The notes under the pieces were generated by a model. The model made no database searches. It saw nothing but the letters and a program-made list of their open reading frames with translations, and was not told where the DNA came from. A stretch of 64,000 nt of DNA from a virus. Its lineage: Duplodnaviria > Caudoviricetes. Below are positions 55,305 through 64,000 of the stretch, piece after piece (within the stretch, counting starts at the first letter, position 1; every line of letters starts with the position of its first letter). The translations under genes and the position numbers were made by a program. The stretch is taken from IMG/VR virus record IMGVR_UViG_2700988920_000001, positions 13,838 through 77,837 of that record; one strand, 5' to 3'.

Positions 55305-55574
55305 CTACTTACGGCTAGTCTTGCCGCCCTTGATACGAGCACAGGTAGCACAGCCGCCACGGCCGCTGTGAATGATTGAGCCTAGCGTGACGTCCATAAC
55401 CTTGTGCGTGTTGGAAGTCATGCAGACTTTGCGAACCTTACACTTGCCTACGGTGCTGTTGACCGAGACGATAAGGAAAGAGCCGTCTTCGTTACGGGCT
55501 AGGGTGGTGCCGTTAGCTTCACAGATTGCTTGCGCTTTGCTTGCGGCGATTTGGGCTTTTGAGTTATTTGACAT
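55305..55574 (-). CDS. Small Zn-ribbon protein
   Basis: C...H...GCATC; AAGGACT RBS. Confidence 0.7.
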   Translation of the reverse strand: MSNNSKAQIAASKAQAICEANGTTLARNEDGSFLIVSVNSTVGKCKVRKVCMTSNTHKVMDVTLGSIIHSGRGGCATCARIKGGKTSRK

Positions 55575-55590
55575 CGTTAGTCCTTCTGTC

Positions 55591-55637
55591 GGTTTGGTTT
55601 TGGTTAGGTTTGGTTTGGTTTGGATTGGGTTTAGTTT
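55591..55637. repeat. Degenerate (GGTTT)n / (AAACC)n pentamer tract
   Basis: ggtttggttttggttaggtttggtttggtttggattgggtttagttt. Confidence 0.85.
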
Positions 55638-56023
55638 AGAGAAGCTAGTCGTTTACATAAGATTTTGTCTAGCTCCAACATCGCTCGCGACTGACGAGAT
55701 AGGAGAACTAGAGACTCTTGGTCTAGCGAGTTAGCCTTCTCTGAGTTCAGAAAGTTGTCCAGCTTGGCTAGGCGTGATGACAAGTCTGACTGTTCTAACT
55801 CTAGTCGGGCTAGAAAGTTGTCAGGCACAATACAGTCGTTGTTTTCGTGAAGCTCGAGCATGTCGTTGTGAGCGGTGTCTTTATCGCAGATACGTAGACA
55901 GATTGTCGCGCCGTTCACTTCGCCAATAGTGATTTCAGTGTCGCAGTATCCGCCTTTGAGAAGGTCAGAGACCTCTTCGTTGACCATAGCTTCGAGTTTT
56001 TCAGCGTTGATTTTGATGTTCAT
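55631..56023 (-). CDS. Hypothetical protein with C-terminal crAss001_48-like helical hairpin
   Basis: RLELEQSDL..RLAKLDNFL...LL.RQ..AM....KIL..RL. Confidence 0.65.
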   Translation of the reverse strand: MNIKINAEKLEAMVNEEVSDLLKGGYCDTEITIGEVNGATICLRICDKDTAHNDMLELHENNDCIVPDNFLARLELEQSDLSSRLAKLDNFLNSEKANSLDQESLVLLSRQSRAMLELDKILCKRLASLN

Positions 56024-56147
56024 GATTAGAGCCCTGTCGGTTTGGTTTAGGTTAGAGTTTAGAGTTGCCGACTCAGGTCACGATTAGATTGAGGGTCAAA
56101 TTAGTCCTGAGTCGGCAGTGTTGAGGTTTGTGGCTTCAACGTAGGGA

Positions 56148-56176
56148 ATGATAGACGAGATTGGGGTGGGTGTAAA
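56148..56176 (-). promoter_or_regulatory. Leftward early promoter
   Basis: TTTACA-N17-TATCAT on the minus strand. Confidence 0.7.
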
Positions 56177-56326
56177 TAGCTGCGGAGTTTTTATTTGAAA
56201 ATATGGAATTTTGTCGGGGTCGATAATATATACAACGACTTCGACCACTCTCAAAAATGTGGGGTACGGGTCTCAACCCAAACTTTCCAACCCTCCCGAC
56301 CCTCCACCATTAACAAAACAACATTT

Positions 56327-56370
56327 ACATCATTCAATGTATTGACATCATTCACTCCATCCCTTATACT
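56327..56370 (+). promoter_or_regulatory. Rightward early promoter with ACATCATTCA direct repeats
   Basis: TTGACA-N17-TATACT; ACATCATTCA at 56327 and 56345. Confidence 0.85.
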
Positions 56371-56408
56371 CTCCCCATACCCACTACTATCCTATAAGGA
56401 CTAATATC

Positions 56409-57509
56409 ATGACTAACAAATACCTATCTATCTTCGCTGAACAAACCAAAGCTATCGAAGCAGAGCAAACCGCTTCCCTGTCCAGCGCCATCAACCAATC
56501 CATCACCAACTACACACAGCTAGCGGAAGCAGCTTCACAAGCTCTATCCCTGGACATCACGCCAGAAGCTCACCGTCTCTACGGCCTACTTGCCTCTACT
56601 GCTTCGACTGATTCAGTATCAAGCCTATCAGGCGCAGAGCTGGCATCAACTGTCATCTCCCTAATCACCGCTTACTTCAACGGCAACAAAGAAGCGTTAC
56701 AGCCTGTTGTTGATGCAACGTGCATGTGGATAGCATCGAAACACAACAATGATGTAAAGACTGCAAACATACCTAATAACCTACGTCTTTTGGTCTCTCG
56801 CAAATCATCAGCGTATGCACAAGAGAATGACATCGACACAAAATTAATTCTGTCTGTTGAGGATAAAAACATCATCATCAAAGAAGCACCGCTTAAACCT
56901 AAGAAACTTACTTCCAAAGCACAGAAGGTGTTTACTGCTATTACTGGTCTCGATCACTCAAGTAGGGACGAACTAGTACAGCTTATCTCTACAGATGCGC
57001 AGCTTATGAGCATGTTCGCAACTGTTATCGCCCCTATCTCTTCCGCATCCGCCTCTAACTCTAAGCCTAACCAGGAAGCCAAACAGCAACTTAAAGCGCG
57101 CCTGGAAGCAGCCGTGAACAAAGAAGACAAGCTTATGGATGAGTACGACTTCGCCAAGGAAGAGGAAGAGGCGCTTCTAGAGAAGCTGATAGTGGCAAAA
57201 GAGGCACTAGAAGAAAACGAAAAGCTTCTAACCAATCAGCGCAAGCTTACCGAAGGAGCCGCAATCAAGGCTAAACGCGCTCGTAAGCCTGAGTCTGTAG
57301 AAGCAGCCAACGATGAGCTTGAAGTGGCTCAGAATCGCATGGAAGAGCTTTTAACAGCTAATACAGAACTTACTTCAGAAGTTAACGCCCTAGCGAAGAA
57401 GGTTGAGAAGGCGATGAAGTCCGTAGCGAGCGCAGATGAAGCGTACAATGCCCAGGCGAACTATGTCGCGCAACTTTCAAAGCAAGTTAATTCTGTAGCT
57501 GTACACTAA
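56409..57509 (+). CDS. Early coiled-coil protein
   Basis: TAAGGACT RBS; Ala/Glu/Lys heptads in the C-terminal half. Confidence 0.8.
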   Translation: MTNKYLSIFAEQTKAIEAEQTASLSSAINQSITNYTQLAEAASQALSLDITPEAHRLYGLLASTASTDSVSSLSGAELASTVISLITAYFNGNKEALQPVVDATCMWIASKHNNDVKTANIPNNLRLLVSRKSSAYAQENDIDTKLILSVEDKNIIIKEAPLKPKKLTSKAQKVFTAITGLDHSSRDELVQLISTDAQLMSMFATVIAPISSASASNSKPNQEAKQQLKARLEAAVNKEDKLMDEYDFAKEEEEALLEKLIVAKEALEENEKLLTNQRKLTEGAAIKAKRARKPESVEAANDELEVAQNRMEELLTANTELTSEVNALAKKVEKAMKSVASADEAYNAQANYVAQLSKQVNSVAVH

Positions 57510-57536
57510 TCAAAATCACCTATAAGGACTAATACG

Positions 57537-57746
57537 ATGGAAATCAAATCGACTGAACTCGCCCTAGGCCCTCACGCAGGTTTAATCATCAAAGAGGCTA
57601 AACACCCTCGCCTAAATGGGATGAAGCTGGTGGAAGTCACACACAAGCGAATTGAGGGGTTTTGCGCTCGGGCTGTGGTTAGCTTGAGTATGACGACGGT
57701 AGAAGTATTCGAACTGTTCAAGAAGGAAGTTAGGTTGTCAGTGTAA
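57537..57746 (+). CDS. Hypothetical protein
   Basis: CCTATAAGGACTAATA RBS. Confidence 0.75.
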   Translation: MEIKSTELALGPHAGLIIKEAKHPRLNGMKLVEVTHKRIEGFCARAVVSLSMTTVEVFELFKKEVRLSV

Positions 57747-57791
57747 GGAAAGAAATCAGCTAAATTGCTAAGCCTGAAACTAGAAATCATT

Positions 57792-57819
57792 AAGCGCTCG
57801 TTTTGAGCGCTTTTCTTTT
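57792..57819 (+). terminator. Intrinsic terminator
   Basis: AAGCGCTC-gtttt-GAGCGCTT plus T-run. Confidence 0.8.
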
Positions 57820-57924
57820 GCCTGTTACATAAGATTTGTGAAGCTAGTCACGTTTCATTTTTCAAACAGAGATGATTTTTGTGAACTAAACACGAAAAAC
57901 CTATGGAACAAAAATATTGCGTCG

Positions 57925-58250
57925 TTACATTGCGAAATTTTGGAAGGTGACAGGGGTGATTTGGGTCACGGTTTGGTGTGAAGTTGTTGCAGCGAGAGCC
58001 GTATGATTTAGAAGTCGAGAAATGGCATATATATATATATATATTTTTTCTAATAAAAAGAAGAAGAATATATAAGCCATTTTTAATACGTTGAACCATT
58101 TGCTTGAAATGCAAAAATGCTTTTTGGCAAAACAAGTGTCAGCCGGAAAATGAACTTTTGTGGTTATTAGGGAGGCCGATTTTGCTTGGACAGCGACTTC
58201 CCCAAAATCGAACCTAACCCCAAAACCGAAAATATATTTACGCATTTCGA
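57925..58250. other. AT-rich non-coding element B (candidate replication origin)
   Basis: (AT)n tract and core homologous to 21110-21430, inside a ~0.8 kb gene-free gap. Confidence 0.55.
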
Positions 58251-58634
58251 ACATTTACGCCTTTTAAGTCATACACAAAACCACCAACCCAAGCCACACA
58301 AGGTCTCGCAGCCGCCAAAATTATAACCTCAAATAGCGTCTACCGGAGCCAAGTAGACATCAAAGTACGTGTGTCGACGCCACTAAAACCCAACTAGCGC
58401 CATTTCTCGGCACTGAGGTTTTCGTATTCAAGAAAAGAGTGGACTGCATTTACGAACATATCTATATCATACGTCTGATATAGACAACACCAAATGACTC
58501 AATCCCCCTAATAAAGTTTTTCTTTGCATTTCCACCAATGTCGTCACGCCGAGAGTGTGACCAATTTACACTAATATATTTTTTCGCTCCGCGCACGAGT
58601 AGGTTAACATCACTTAATTTCTCGTACACCTCCG

Positions 58635-58663
58635 TTGACCTTTGTACACTCGTACATTATACT
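58635..58663 (+). promoter_or_regulatory. sigma70 promoter with GTACA repeats
   Basis: TTGACC-N17-TATACT; CTCGTACA twice plus TTGTACA. Confidence 0.75.
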
Positions 58664-58707
58664 CCTTACCGAACCCTAACCATTTAATCCAAGAAAGGAC
58701 TAAAACC

Positions 58708-60459
58708 ATGACTGACTTTATCAACCGTGTAGCCAAAATCGCACAAGAGAGCTCAGAGCGTGAAAATGCACGCAATAACCTGAAACAAGCAAAAGATTTG
58801 CTTGGCGCAATGAATCAATCTGAGATAGAAGCGGCTGAACAACTGTCCGTGAAGTACGACTCGCTTTCACGGCCATGTGTCGCTTTGATCACTCGCGCAC
58901 TCGCGGACGTTCTGCGTCGCCACCGTGAGAACGGGATACCTTTGACCCCGTTTGCCAAGATCAATGAAGTAACTATTTCCGATCCTAATTCCATTGTCCG
59001 CTTGCTGACTTCCCGTGGTAAGCGCATCCCAACGACGCCATTCATGCGATCTAAGGAAGTAGACAAACACCCAACGCTTAACGCACTGGCTTTAATGGCT
59101 GGTATCAACCGAGGCTCGTTCACTTCAGTAACTCAAGGCCGTCAACATTTAAGCGCTAAAGACCTGGAAGCGTGGCGTGATGCGCTATCACAAATCGGCG
59201 TCTATAACGACATCGAAGAATTGGCGGCGCTATCTAACCCTAAAACATTCTTATCCGCTGTCATTGATGAAATCATTAATCTTGAGTCTTCTATGACGGT
59301 TGAGCGCGTGCAAGAGTGGGCCGAGATGGTGGAGACGGTAGAGCCGGACTCTATCGGCCAAGAGTTTATTGATAGTGAGCTTGCTCGTGCTCGTTCTGTT
59401 ACGCTTCCACACGTCTTTGACTCTATGGTCAACATCTGGCGCGGTCAGCTCATCGACAACGATATTGAGTGTTTTGTGGCTCGTTCGCTGTCTGATGTGC
59501 TAAGCACACGCACGAGCTCACGCCGCTTTAGTCGTGGCCTTCAGAATCTGATCATCTCGGTTCATTCCGGTATGGGTGCGTTTAACTCTCGCGTTAAATA
59601 CCCGGCTCGCAACTACACATCCTATAAACATCGCTATTCGGTGGAAGGTGAGACAGGTCTAACCAGTGACATTCTAATGGCGTACTGCTTCTATCTTGGG
59701 ATTAACCCGGTTGCGATGGTTTACTGGCTGGCGGAGTCTGAGCAGCATAACCCAGGCTCGGCGTTTGCGGTGAAGGGCAGCTACGACCCGTTAGACGTGG
59801 TGAAGTGGGTAGGCACTATCAGCCCAGTTGAGTATGACAAGTTTATCTCGGCGACACTTAGCCTCGGTATTGTGCCTGATGAGATGCGCTTCCCGTTGTC
59901 ACTGCTGGCTGCTAAGTTTGTGTATCCGTGCATGCCTGACTATAACACCCTAGTTAAATCGCTAGGCTCGCAGGGTGACGCGTACCGTCAACCAATTGAA
60001 GAGTATTTATCCGTCCTTGACACGTCGACGGCTGAGTGTCGTTTACCACGTCGCTATAACTCGCACCTAGAAGCGGCTAACAGCCATGACATTAAGGTGC
60101 GTGACATCTACGACAACGTGCTGGCTTCAGGTTATTACGTTTACGGCTTGTCGCTTCAACACGGCAACCTGGGCGAGGCGGTTTCTAGTGAAATGGAAGA
60201 TTTAGAGAGCGAAGCACAGATCATCGAGTACGCAAAAGAGAAGCTGATGCAGATGATCGGCGGCTCGGAGTCAGCCTATTGCCATCTAGTTAAAGACAAG
60301 GACGGCGACATCGATCACTCGGCTTCCTGCCAGGCTCGCCCGTTCAGCCCTCGCGAGATGTTAAACGCGGCTAAGCTTTATCGCGGTTTGTTTGAGTCGC
60401 TGTCTAATGCAAGTAAGTCAGATGATGACGACGATCTATTAACGTTGATGAACGGATAA
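58708..60459 (+). CDS. Large early protein with XRE-like HTH
   Basis: AAGGACT RBS before MTDFINR; TLNALALMAGINRGSFTSVTQG. Confidence 0.65.
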   Translation: MTDFINRVAKIAQESSERENARNNLKQAKDLLGAMNQSEIEAAEQLSVKYDSLSRPCVALITRALADVLRRHRENGIPLTPFAKINEVTISDPNSIVRLLTSRGKRIPTTPFMRSKEVDKHPTLNALALMAGINRGSFTSVTQGRQHLSAKDLEAWRDALSQIGVYNDIEELAALSNPKTFLSAVIDEIINLESSMTVERVQEWAEMVETVEPDSIGQEFIDSELARARSVTLPHVFDSMVNIWRGQLIDNDIECFVARSLSDVLSTRTSSRRFSRGLQNLIISVHSGMGAFNSRVKYPARNYTSYKHRYSVEGETGLTSDILMAYCFYLGINPVAMVYWLAESEQHNPGSAFAVKGSYDPLDVVKWVGTISPVEYDKFISATLSLGIVPDEMRFPLSLLAAKFVYPCMPDYNTLVKSLGSQGDAYRQPIEEYLSVLDTSTAECRLPRRYNSHLEAANSHDIKVRDIYDNVLASGYYVYGLSLQHGNLGEAVSSEMEDLESEAQIIEYAKEKLMQMIGGSESAYCHLVKDKDGDIDHSASCQARPFSPREMLNAAKLYRGLFESLSNASKSDDDDDLLTLMNG

Positions 60460-60485
60460 TTTTAAATTTTTAAGAGGTTAATACT

Positions 60486-60866
60486 ATGGCTACTACATTC
60501 ATTAGATTCATAGAGCAAAAGACTTACGAGATTATGGCAAAGCATGGAGCATTCGTTGCATTCTCTGAAAAGCAGATAGCTCACTGTCTGAAATCTAACA
60601 AAGAAAAAGGTTTTAGTGGTGATAAGCGTGATTACTGGTTGGACTCTATTACGGGAATAAACGTACCTAAAGTTAACATAGCCGATTTCGAAACTGAGAT
60701 CGAAAACATGCAGGTCTTAGAGCGCGAAGACTATCTTAACACTTACTCCAAAGAGGATATAATCCGTCGATATCTGCGCGAAGGTAGGCCTATTAGCCAG
60801 GTTTACTGGTTTGGGTTTACCTATGACGATGTACGAAAGGTGAAAAGGGCCATCTTGAGGAGTTAA
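60486..60866 (+). CDS. Early protein, paralog of 61389-61808
   Basis: KHGAFVAFSEKQ; REDYLNTYSK. Confidence 0.8.
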   Translation: MATTFIRFIEQKTYEIMAKHGAFVAFSEKQIAHCLKSNKEKGFSGDKRDYWLDSITGINVPKVNIADFETEIENMQVLEREDYLNTYSKEDIIRRYLREGRPISQVYWFGFTYDDVRKVKRAILRS

Positions 60867-60891
60867 AGCAGCATAAAATTTCTGTATAAAA

Positions 60892-60936
60892 ACATCATTT
60901 AGGCTATTGACGTCATGAGTCTCTTTCGACCATACT
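60892..60936 (+). promoter_or_regulatory. Early promoter cassette (degenerate)
   Basis: ACATCATTTA...TTGACG-N18-CATACT. Confidence 0.65.
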
Positions 60937-61005
60937 CTATTCATCGGGTAACGCTTATACCTGAAGCCGAAAGAGGCTCAACGTTTTCCAGTAAGGACTT
61001 AAATC

Positions 61006-61269
61006 ATGGCTAAACAAAACCCAAATATCCAAATCAGTCGCGTACCTGACGGCTCTATCTACTTGTCAGTTAAGCTCAATAAACTTATCGCTCGCCCTGT
61101 TTACGACTTTGACGTGCTGCTTAGTCAGTTTGGTTTTCTTATCGAACGCCGTGAAGACCTAACAATTTACGACTTGATCGAGCGCGTGCGTAAATACTCA
61201 GATAACTTTAAAACTCAGTTGCTTTGTGACGCTGTCGAGCGCCAGGCTGAAGAATTACTGGGCCGTTAA
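61006..61269 (+). CDS. Hypothetical early protein
   Basis: TAAGGACT RBS. Confidence 0.75.
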   Translation: MAKQNPNIQISRVPDGSIYLSVKLNKLIARPVYDFDVLLSQFGFLIERREDLTIYDLIERVRKYSDNFKTQLLCDAVERQAEELLGR

Positions 61270-61287
61270 TTAAAATTTTTCACGAAA

Positions 61288-61331
61288 ACATCATTCAAAG
61301 TATTTACATCATTCAGTCTCTCAGCTATACT
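61288..61331 (+). promoter_or_regulatory. Early promoter cassette
   Basis: ACATCATTCA x2; TTTACA-N17-TATACT. Confidence 0.85.
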
Positions 61332-61388
61332 CTTTTCATGGTTTAGCTGAGAGACCAAAACAATAAACAACCTTTAAGGACTAATATC

Positions 61389-61808
61389 ATGACTACTTCA
61401 TTCTCTAAATTCGTAGAAACCAAAACTAGCGCACTTCTAGACAAGCACGGTGCATTCTTCGCATTCTCTAACAAGCAGCTTGACGAAGGCCTGGAAGAGA
61501 ACAAAGCAAAAGGTTTCAGCGCTGACAAAGCTGACTACTGTCAGGTCGTAGGCGGCATGATTTTGCCTAAGAGCAACGTGGAAGTTTTTAACGCTGAGTA
61601 TGACGCGGTGATGTCTGCGGCTCGTGAAGAGTATCTGAACACGTACACAAAAGCGCAGATCATCGGCTATGAGCTATCGAACCATGAAGCTGGTTACACT
61701 AACGACATTAGCGACACAGTAGACGCGGTTGCTCACCTGGGCTTTACTCGTGACGACGTGCGCGAGGTTTACGTGACTTGGTATAAAGAGAACAAAGATT
61801 ATTTCTAG
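61389..61808 (+). CDS. Conserved phage early protein (AFFAFS...ELSNHE type)
   Basis: KHGAFFAFSNKQ...IIGYELSNHE. Confidence 0.8.
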   Translation: MTTSFSKFVETKTSALLDKHGAFFAFSNKQLDEGLEENKAKGFSADKADYCQVVGGMILPKSNVEVFNAEYDAVMSAAREEYLNTYTKAQIIGYELSNHEAGYTNDISDTVDAVAHLGFTRDDVREVYVTWYKENKDYF

Positions 61809-61821
61809 TTTTTGCGTAAAA

Positions 61822-61865
61822 ACATCATTCAACCTATTTACATCATTCAACTGATAGGGTAACAT
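61822..61865 (+). promoter_or_regulatory. Early promoter cassette
   Basis: ACATCATTCA x2; TTTACA-N17-TAACAT. Confidence 0.8.
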
Positions 61866-61915
61866 TGCTCTATCAGTTGGAAACAACAATAAACAACCTT
61901 TAAGGACTCAATATC

Positions 61916-62446
61916 ATGGCCACAAAACCTAAACTAATCACACTGAGTTTTCCAGTTCCATACGGTACGCAGCCGGACAAACAATTCTCTCGCCACGTCC
62001 AGCCAGGCGATCTGATTGTTTGTCCGGCTGCGTATAAGGAGCAATGCTCACCATATTGTGAGGTTATCACCCCTCACTTTTTCACACGTCAAACCGCCGA
62101 AGAGTTAAAGCACGTTAAGCGCGTGATTGTTTGGCCTGCCGTCCCTGGGCATAAGACCAAATTTTTAGAAGCGTTATTGCGTAGCCTGAAGCAAGGCAAA
62201 GATATTGTATTGTGTACGACGCAGGTCAGTGAAACTGGTTTTATCTCGTTGCGCCGCCTCACTCGTTATGCAGAATTAAACGTTTGTGACGTTCAAACAA
62301 TGGAGCGTTGCAAGACTTCAGAGTTTGCTTATATGGCGCTCATCAATGACCAGTGCGATAAGCTGGCAAACAAAATTAATCGTATCCGTTGTTTAACTGA
62401 ACTGAAGAAAGGAAAAAGTGATGCAATCAACAACTCGAAGAGCTAG
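61916..62446 (+). CDS. Hypothetical early protein
   Basis: TAAGGACT RBS, 176 aa. Confidence 0.75.
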   Translation: MATKPKLITLSFPVPYGTQPDKQFSRHVQPGDLIVCPAAYKEQCSPYCEVITPHFFTRQTAEELKHVKRVIVWPAVPGHKTKFLEALLRSLKQGKDIVLCTTQVSETGFISLRRLTRYAELNVCDVQTMERCKTSEFAYMALINDQCDKLANKINRIRCLTELKKGKSDAINNSKS

Positions 62447-62654
62447 CCGCTCAATGCTAGGACTAGCGGTGGCTATGGCCAGGACATCTGTACGAGTAAG
62501 CAATTTAAAACTCTTACGCGAACTAGATAGACCGTACCACATCCCTAAGAAGCGCGAGCCTAAACCGCGCAAAGTCTGGTACACCGTTGACTCTCCTGAA
62601 GTCATCGCAGCCACAAAACAGTTTAAGGAGAAACACTCTCATGAAACTAAGTAA
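62418..62654 (+). CDS. Small basic hypothetical protein
   Basis: AAGGA RBS; overlaps neighbours. Confidence 0.6.
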   Translation: MMQSTTRRASRSMLGLAVAMARTSVRVSNLKLLRELDRPYHIPKKREPKPRKVWYTVDSPEVIAATKQFKEKHSHETK

Positions 62655-63057
62655 AACACACCTCATGCTATCAACTAAAGATCTAGGCGGCTTCCGCGGT
62701 TTTGAAGTTGAGCGCGATAAAATCCCGGCGCTAGCTGGCTTAACTGAAAAGGATCTACAGTGTCGCAGCACGATGGCAATGGTAGCGCTTCAGGTTAGCC
62801 GTTACGTTTATATCAATAATTTTTCTGATGCTAATAAGCGTGGGATGCTTTGCTTGCAAGGATCGCTTCCAGTTATCGAAGAAGACAACATTAAACTTGA
62901 TTTTGATTCTTGTACGGTGGGCATCTTCCCGACTCCTATTGCAGTTAACTGGTACATTATCGAAGGCGACTCAACTTTATTCCACGGTGTGACCGTCACA
63001 GTTGAACAGGCTAAGCAAGAAGCCGAGAATAAAGTCTCTGAATTATTCGGGAATTAA
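62641..63057 (+). CDS. Hypothetical protein
   Basis: TAAGGAG RBS before MKLSKT. Confidence 0.75.
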   Translation: MKLSKTHLMLSTKDLGGFRGFEVERDKIPALAGLTEKDLQCRSTMAMVALQVSRYVYINNFSDANKRGMLCLQGSLPVIEEDNIKLDFDSCTVGIFPTPIAVNWYIIEGDSTLFHGVTVTVEQAKQEAENKVSELFGN

Positions 63058-63084
63058 TCCCCCTACCTATAAGGAATCAAAACC

Positions 63085-63399
63085 ATGCAAACCGTATTAG
63101 CCGTTTTAATTATTCTGTCCGTGTTATCTATCGCTTGGTCGATGGGCTTCTTTAAGCGTTACCAGCTCATTAACGTTCGTGATATTGACGAGCGTGTGGG
63201 CGAGGTTCGCTTCAATATCGACTACCTGGTATTTAGTCCGCTAAAGCGCACGCTTAAAGAGAAATCGGTCAAGGTCGTGCTGTTCGATGGCGACCTGTAT
63301 ATCGATGACGGCTACATGACGCCGCTGATGTGGGAGTCAGAGAAGCTGGCCAACGACACAGCTAAGATGTTGATGGACTTGAATGTGAGTTTGGTCTGA
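63085..63399 (+). CDS. Membrane-anchored hypothetical protein
   Basis: N-terminal TM helix; CCTATAAGGA RBS. Confidence 0.75.
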   Translation: MQTVLAVLIILSVLSIAWSMGFFKRYQLINVRDIDERVGEVRFNIDYLVFSPLKRTLKEKSVKVVLFDGDLYIDDGYMTPLMWESEKLANDTAKMLMDLNVSLV

Positions 63400-63401
63400 G
63401 C

Positions 63402-63416
63402 TTGGTCTGAGACCAA
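63402..63416. repeat. 15-bp palindrome copy 8
   Basis: TTGGTCTGAGACCAA preceded by a partial copy TTGGTCTGAG (63391-63400). Confidence 0.95.
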
Positions 63417-63584
63417 AAGTATTTAGCCATAATTGTTCAGACGACGATTAATTTGTTTGTAGGTTACACAGAAAATAACCTCAAACGTGTATCGTAAAAT
63501 CCCGGCCTCTTACCAATAGCCAAAAACCCTATTATAAGAGGCCAAAACTAACCAAAGTTTTAAATTATTTTCGGAGATCGAATC

Positions 63585-64000
63585 ATGAAAAATCACATGA
63601 AAGTCAACCCTATCAAGTGGATTGAACTCGCAGCAAGTCAAATTTCTAGCACTCTTCACAATCTTAAAGCGCTGCACGATAGCGGCGATGTTGGTGCAGC
63701 AGTCAAAGACCAAGTTGATTTACTCGAAGACTTTGTAAAGGTGGCTGGCCTGCCTAGTGAGTCGTTTAATACTCATCGAACTGTCGCTCGTTTGAGCTTC
63801 CCTGGCAAAGCAAAGTCATCTGTATTTACTAACTTAATGGTGCGCTGCTTAGAGCATGAATTTGATGTTTCTGTCGCTGTCGAGCACACCGGATATCTAC
63901 TCATTGACATCGAAGAAGCGTTCAACCGCATGGACATCAGCGAAGATGAGTATTTGCGTTTGCGCGAACAGCTTCAACTTACCCGAAAAGCGGCATTAAC
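63585..64000 (+). CDS. Hypothetical protein, truncated by the window end
   Basis: GGAG RBS, MKNHMKVNPIKW... open to position 64000. Confidence 0.7.
   Translation, partial: MKNHMKVNPIKWIELAASQISSTLHNLKALHDSGDVGAAVKDQVDLLEDFVKVAGLPSESFNTHRTVARLSFPGKAKSSVFTNLMVRCLEHEFDVSVAVEHTGYLLIDIEEAFNRMDISEDEYLRLREQLQLTRKAAL

Noticed and set aside
55305-55574. Homing endonuclease
   Set aside because: Only a Zn-ribbon-like motif; no HNH, GIY-YIG or other nuclease domain

Overview
A 64 kb stretch of a lytic-looking, long-tailed (siphovirus-type) dsDNA phage genome. The host is probably a gammaproteobacterium such as Vibrio, inferred from the tail-fibre motifs and the sigma70 promoters. Plus strand 1-28.9 kb holds accessory, DNA-metabolism and replication genes: three DNA methyltransferases, M15 endolysin, MazG, Dda-like and SNF2 helicases, an AEP primase-helicase, a full-length Pol I-type polymerase, an SbcCD-like nuclease, dNMP kinase and GroES. 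Minus strand 28.9-49.8 kb is the head and tail operon. The large terminase gene is inverted relative to it. From 52 to 64 kb are divergent early genes with repeated promoter cassettes. I saw no integrase, tRNA, rRNA or CRISPR array. The most notable unexplained signals are: (i) a 15-bp palindrome TTGGTCTNAGACCAA present 8 times, mostly at gene boundaries, with two copies bracketing a methyltransferase gene; (ii) a three-gene exported-protein operon (long Ser/Thr beta-hairpin protein, mini TolC-like protein, lipoprotein); (iii) two homologous ~300-nt non-coding elements 36.8 kb apart; (iv) three promoter-to-terminator small-RNA units plus a tandem CsrA-like protein and an unannotated Rmf-like protein; (v) early promoters whose spacer is inversely repeated downstream. 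All calls come from reading motifs by eye; no database searches were run.
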